Virus record (IMG/VR): IMGVR_UViG_3300022777_000060
Length of the DNA: 64,000 bases
Source of the DNA: a virus
Strand: one strand, 5' to 3'
Shown here: positions 63,545 to 64,000 of the stretch, one piece after another
How the letters are laid out: every line of letters begins with the position of its first letter
How positions within the stretch are numbered: the stretch's first letter is position 1
Made by a program: the position numbers and the translations under genes
The notes under the pieces: generated by a model
Databases searched by the model: none
What the model saw: only the letters and a program-made list of their open reading frames with translations
Told to the model about the DNA's origin: nothing

Positions 63545-64000
63545 GTATCAAATAAACTGTTTTCTATCTCATAATCTTCTGCCCAATTTACTCTTTTTGT
63601 TTGCCCGTTTTTGGTTTCAGTTGTTCTCAACTTGCATACCGTAGAGGGCGTTTCTGCAACCGGGACTATGTAAACTTGTTCTTTTTCGCTTGCATACACC
63701 GCAAAAAAGTCTATGTCTTCCGAAGAGTATGTATATGTTCTTGTTTCCGATGGCATTTTCGTTTGCCATCTGCATCGGAACTCAACAGCATCTTGTTTCG
63801 TATTTCCGTGCTTACATTGTATTCGGTAAAACTCTCCGAAAGCGTCAACTACAAAGTCATATCTTTTTTCTCCCCTCGGATCTAAAACCGTATGTCCTAA
63901 CTCAGTAAACTTGGCTGCTACCTTTTCCGCAGTTACTCTTCCAAGATATTTGTTCGTCTCTAAAAACTCTTTTCTCGTTTGTTTCGGTTTTGCCTGCGTT
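63535..64000 (-). mobile_element. PD-(D/E)XK homing-type endonuclease (PDDEXK_5-like), 5' truncated by the window edge
   Basis: Manual extension of the frame to 63999: LGRVTAEKVAAKF..GHTVLDPRGEKRYDFVVD..FYRIQCK...IDFFAVY...VYIVPV. Confidence 0.8.

Noticed and set aside
1-64000. Genome-wide stop-codon reassignment (TAG or TAA as sense), suggested by in-frame stops at 92 and 16078
   Set aside because: Core genes end normally at both TAG (terminase) and TAA (portal), long ORFs are intact under code 11, and none of the 14 tRNAs is a suppressor.

Overview
This window is a 64-kb segment of a large T4-like (myovirus-type) dsDNA phage genome, coded almost entirely on the minus strand. The proteome is strongly acidic and the window carries an outer-membrane-type operon, so I infer an extremely halophilic diderm host (Salinibacter/Rhodothermota-like; inference only). 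In + coordinates it holds: a head module (gp21 protease, portal, large terminase, small proteins sharing an LRxx(V/I)RE...LxE motif); a putative lysis cassette; a ParB/nucleotidyltransferase/ligase-like polyprotein broken by one TAA; fused SbcCD; primase; a GHKL(MORC)-nuclease plus SF2-helicase pair; RuvC; baseplate genes (gp6, gp25); a putative late sigma factor; Dda, DUF932-like and RadA-like genes; peptide deformylase; a SleB hydrolase; a membrane-anchored RNAP alpha-CTD-like protein; a macrodomain; a frameshifted pncA; 14 tRNAs; and candidate structured ncRNAs. Two observations stand out. (1) A complete four-gene chaperone-usher-like pilus operon sits inside the tRNA region. (2) Three free-standing GIY-YIG endonuclease genes each leave a recoded duplicate of the neighbouring gene's 3' end stranded on their far side, and two further endonucleases show analogous scars. 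All family assignments are motif recognition by eye; no database search was run.
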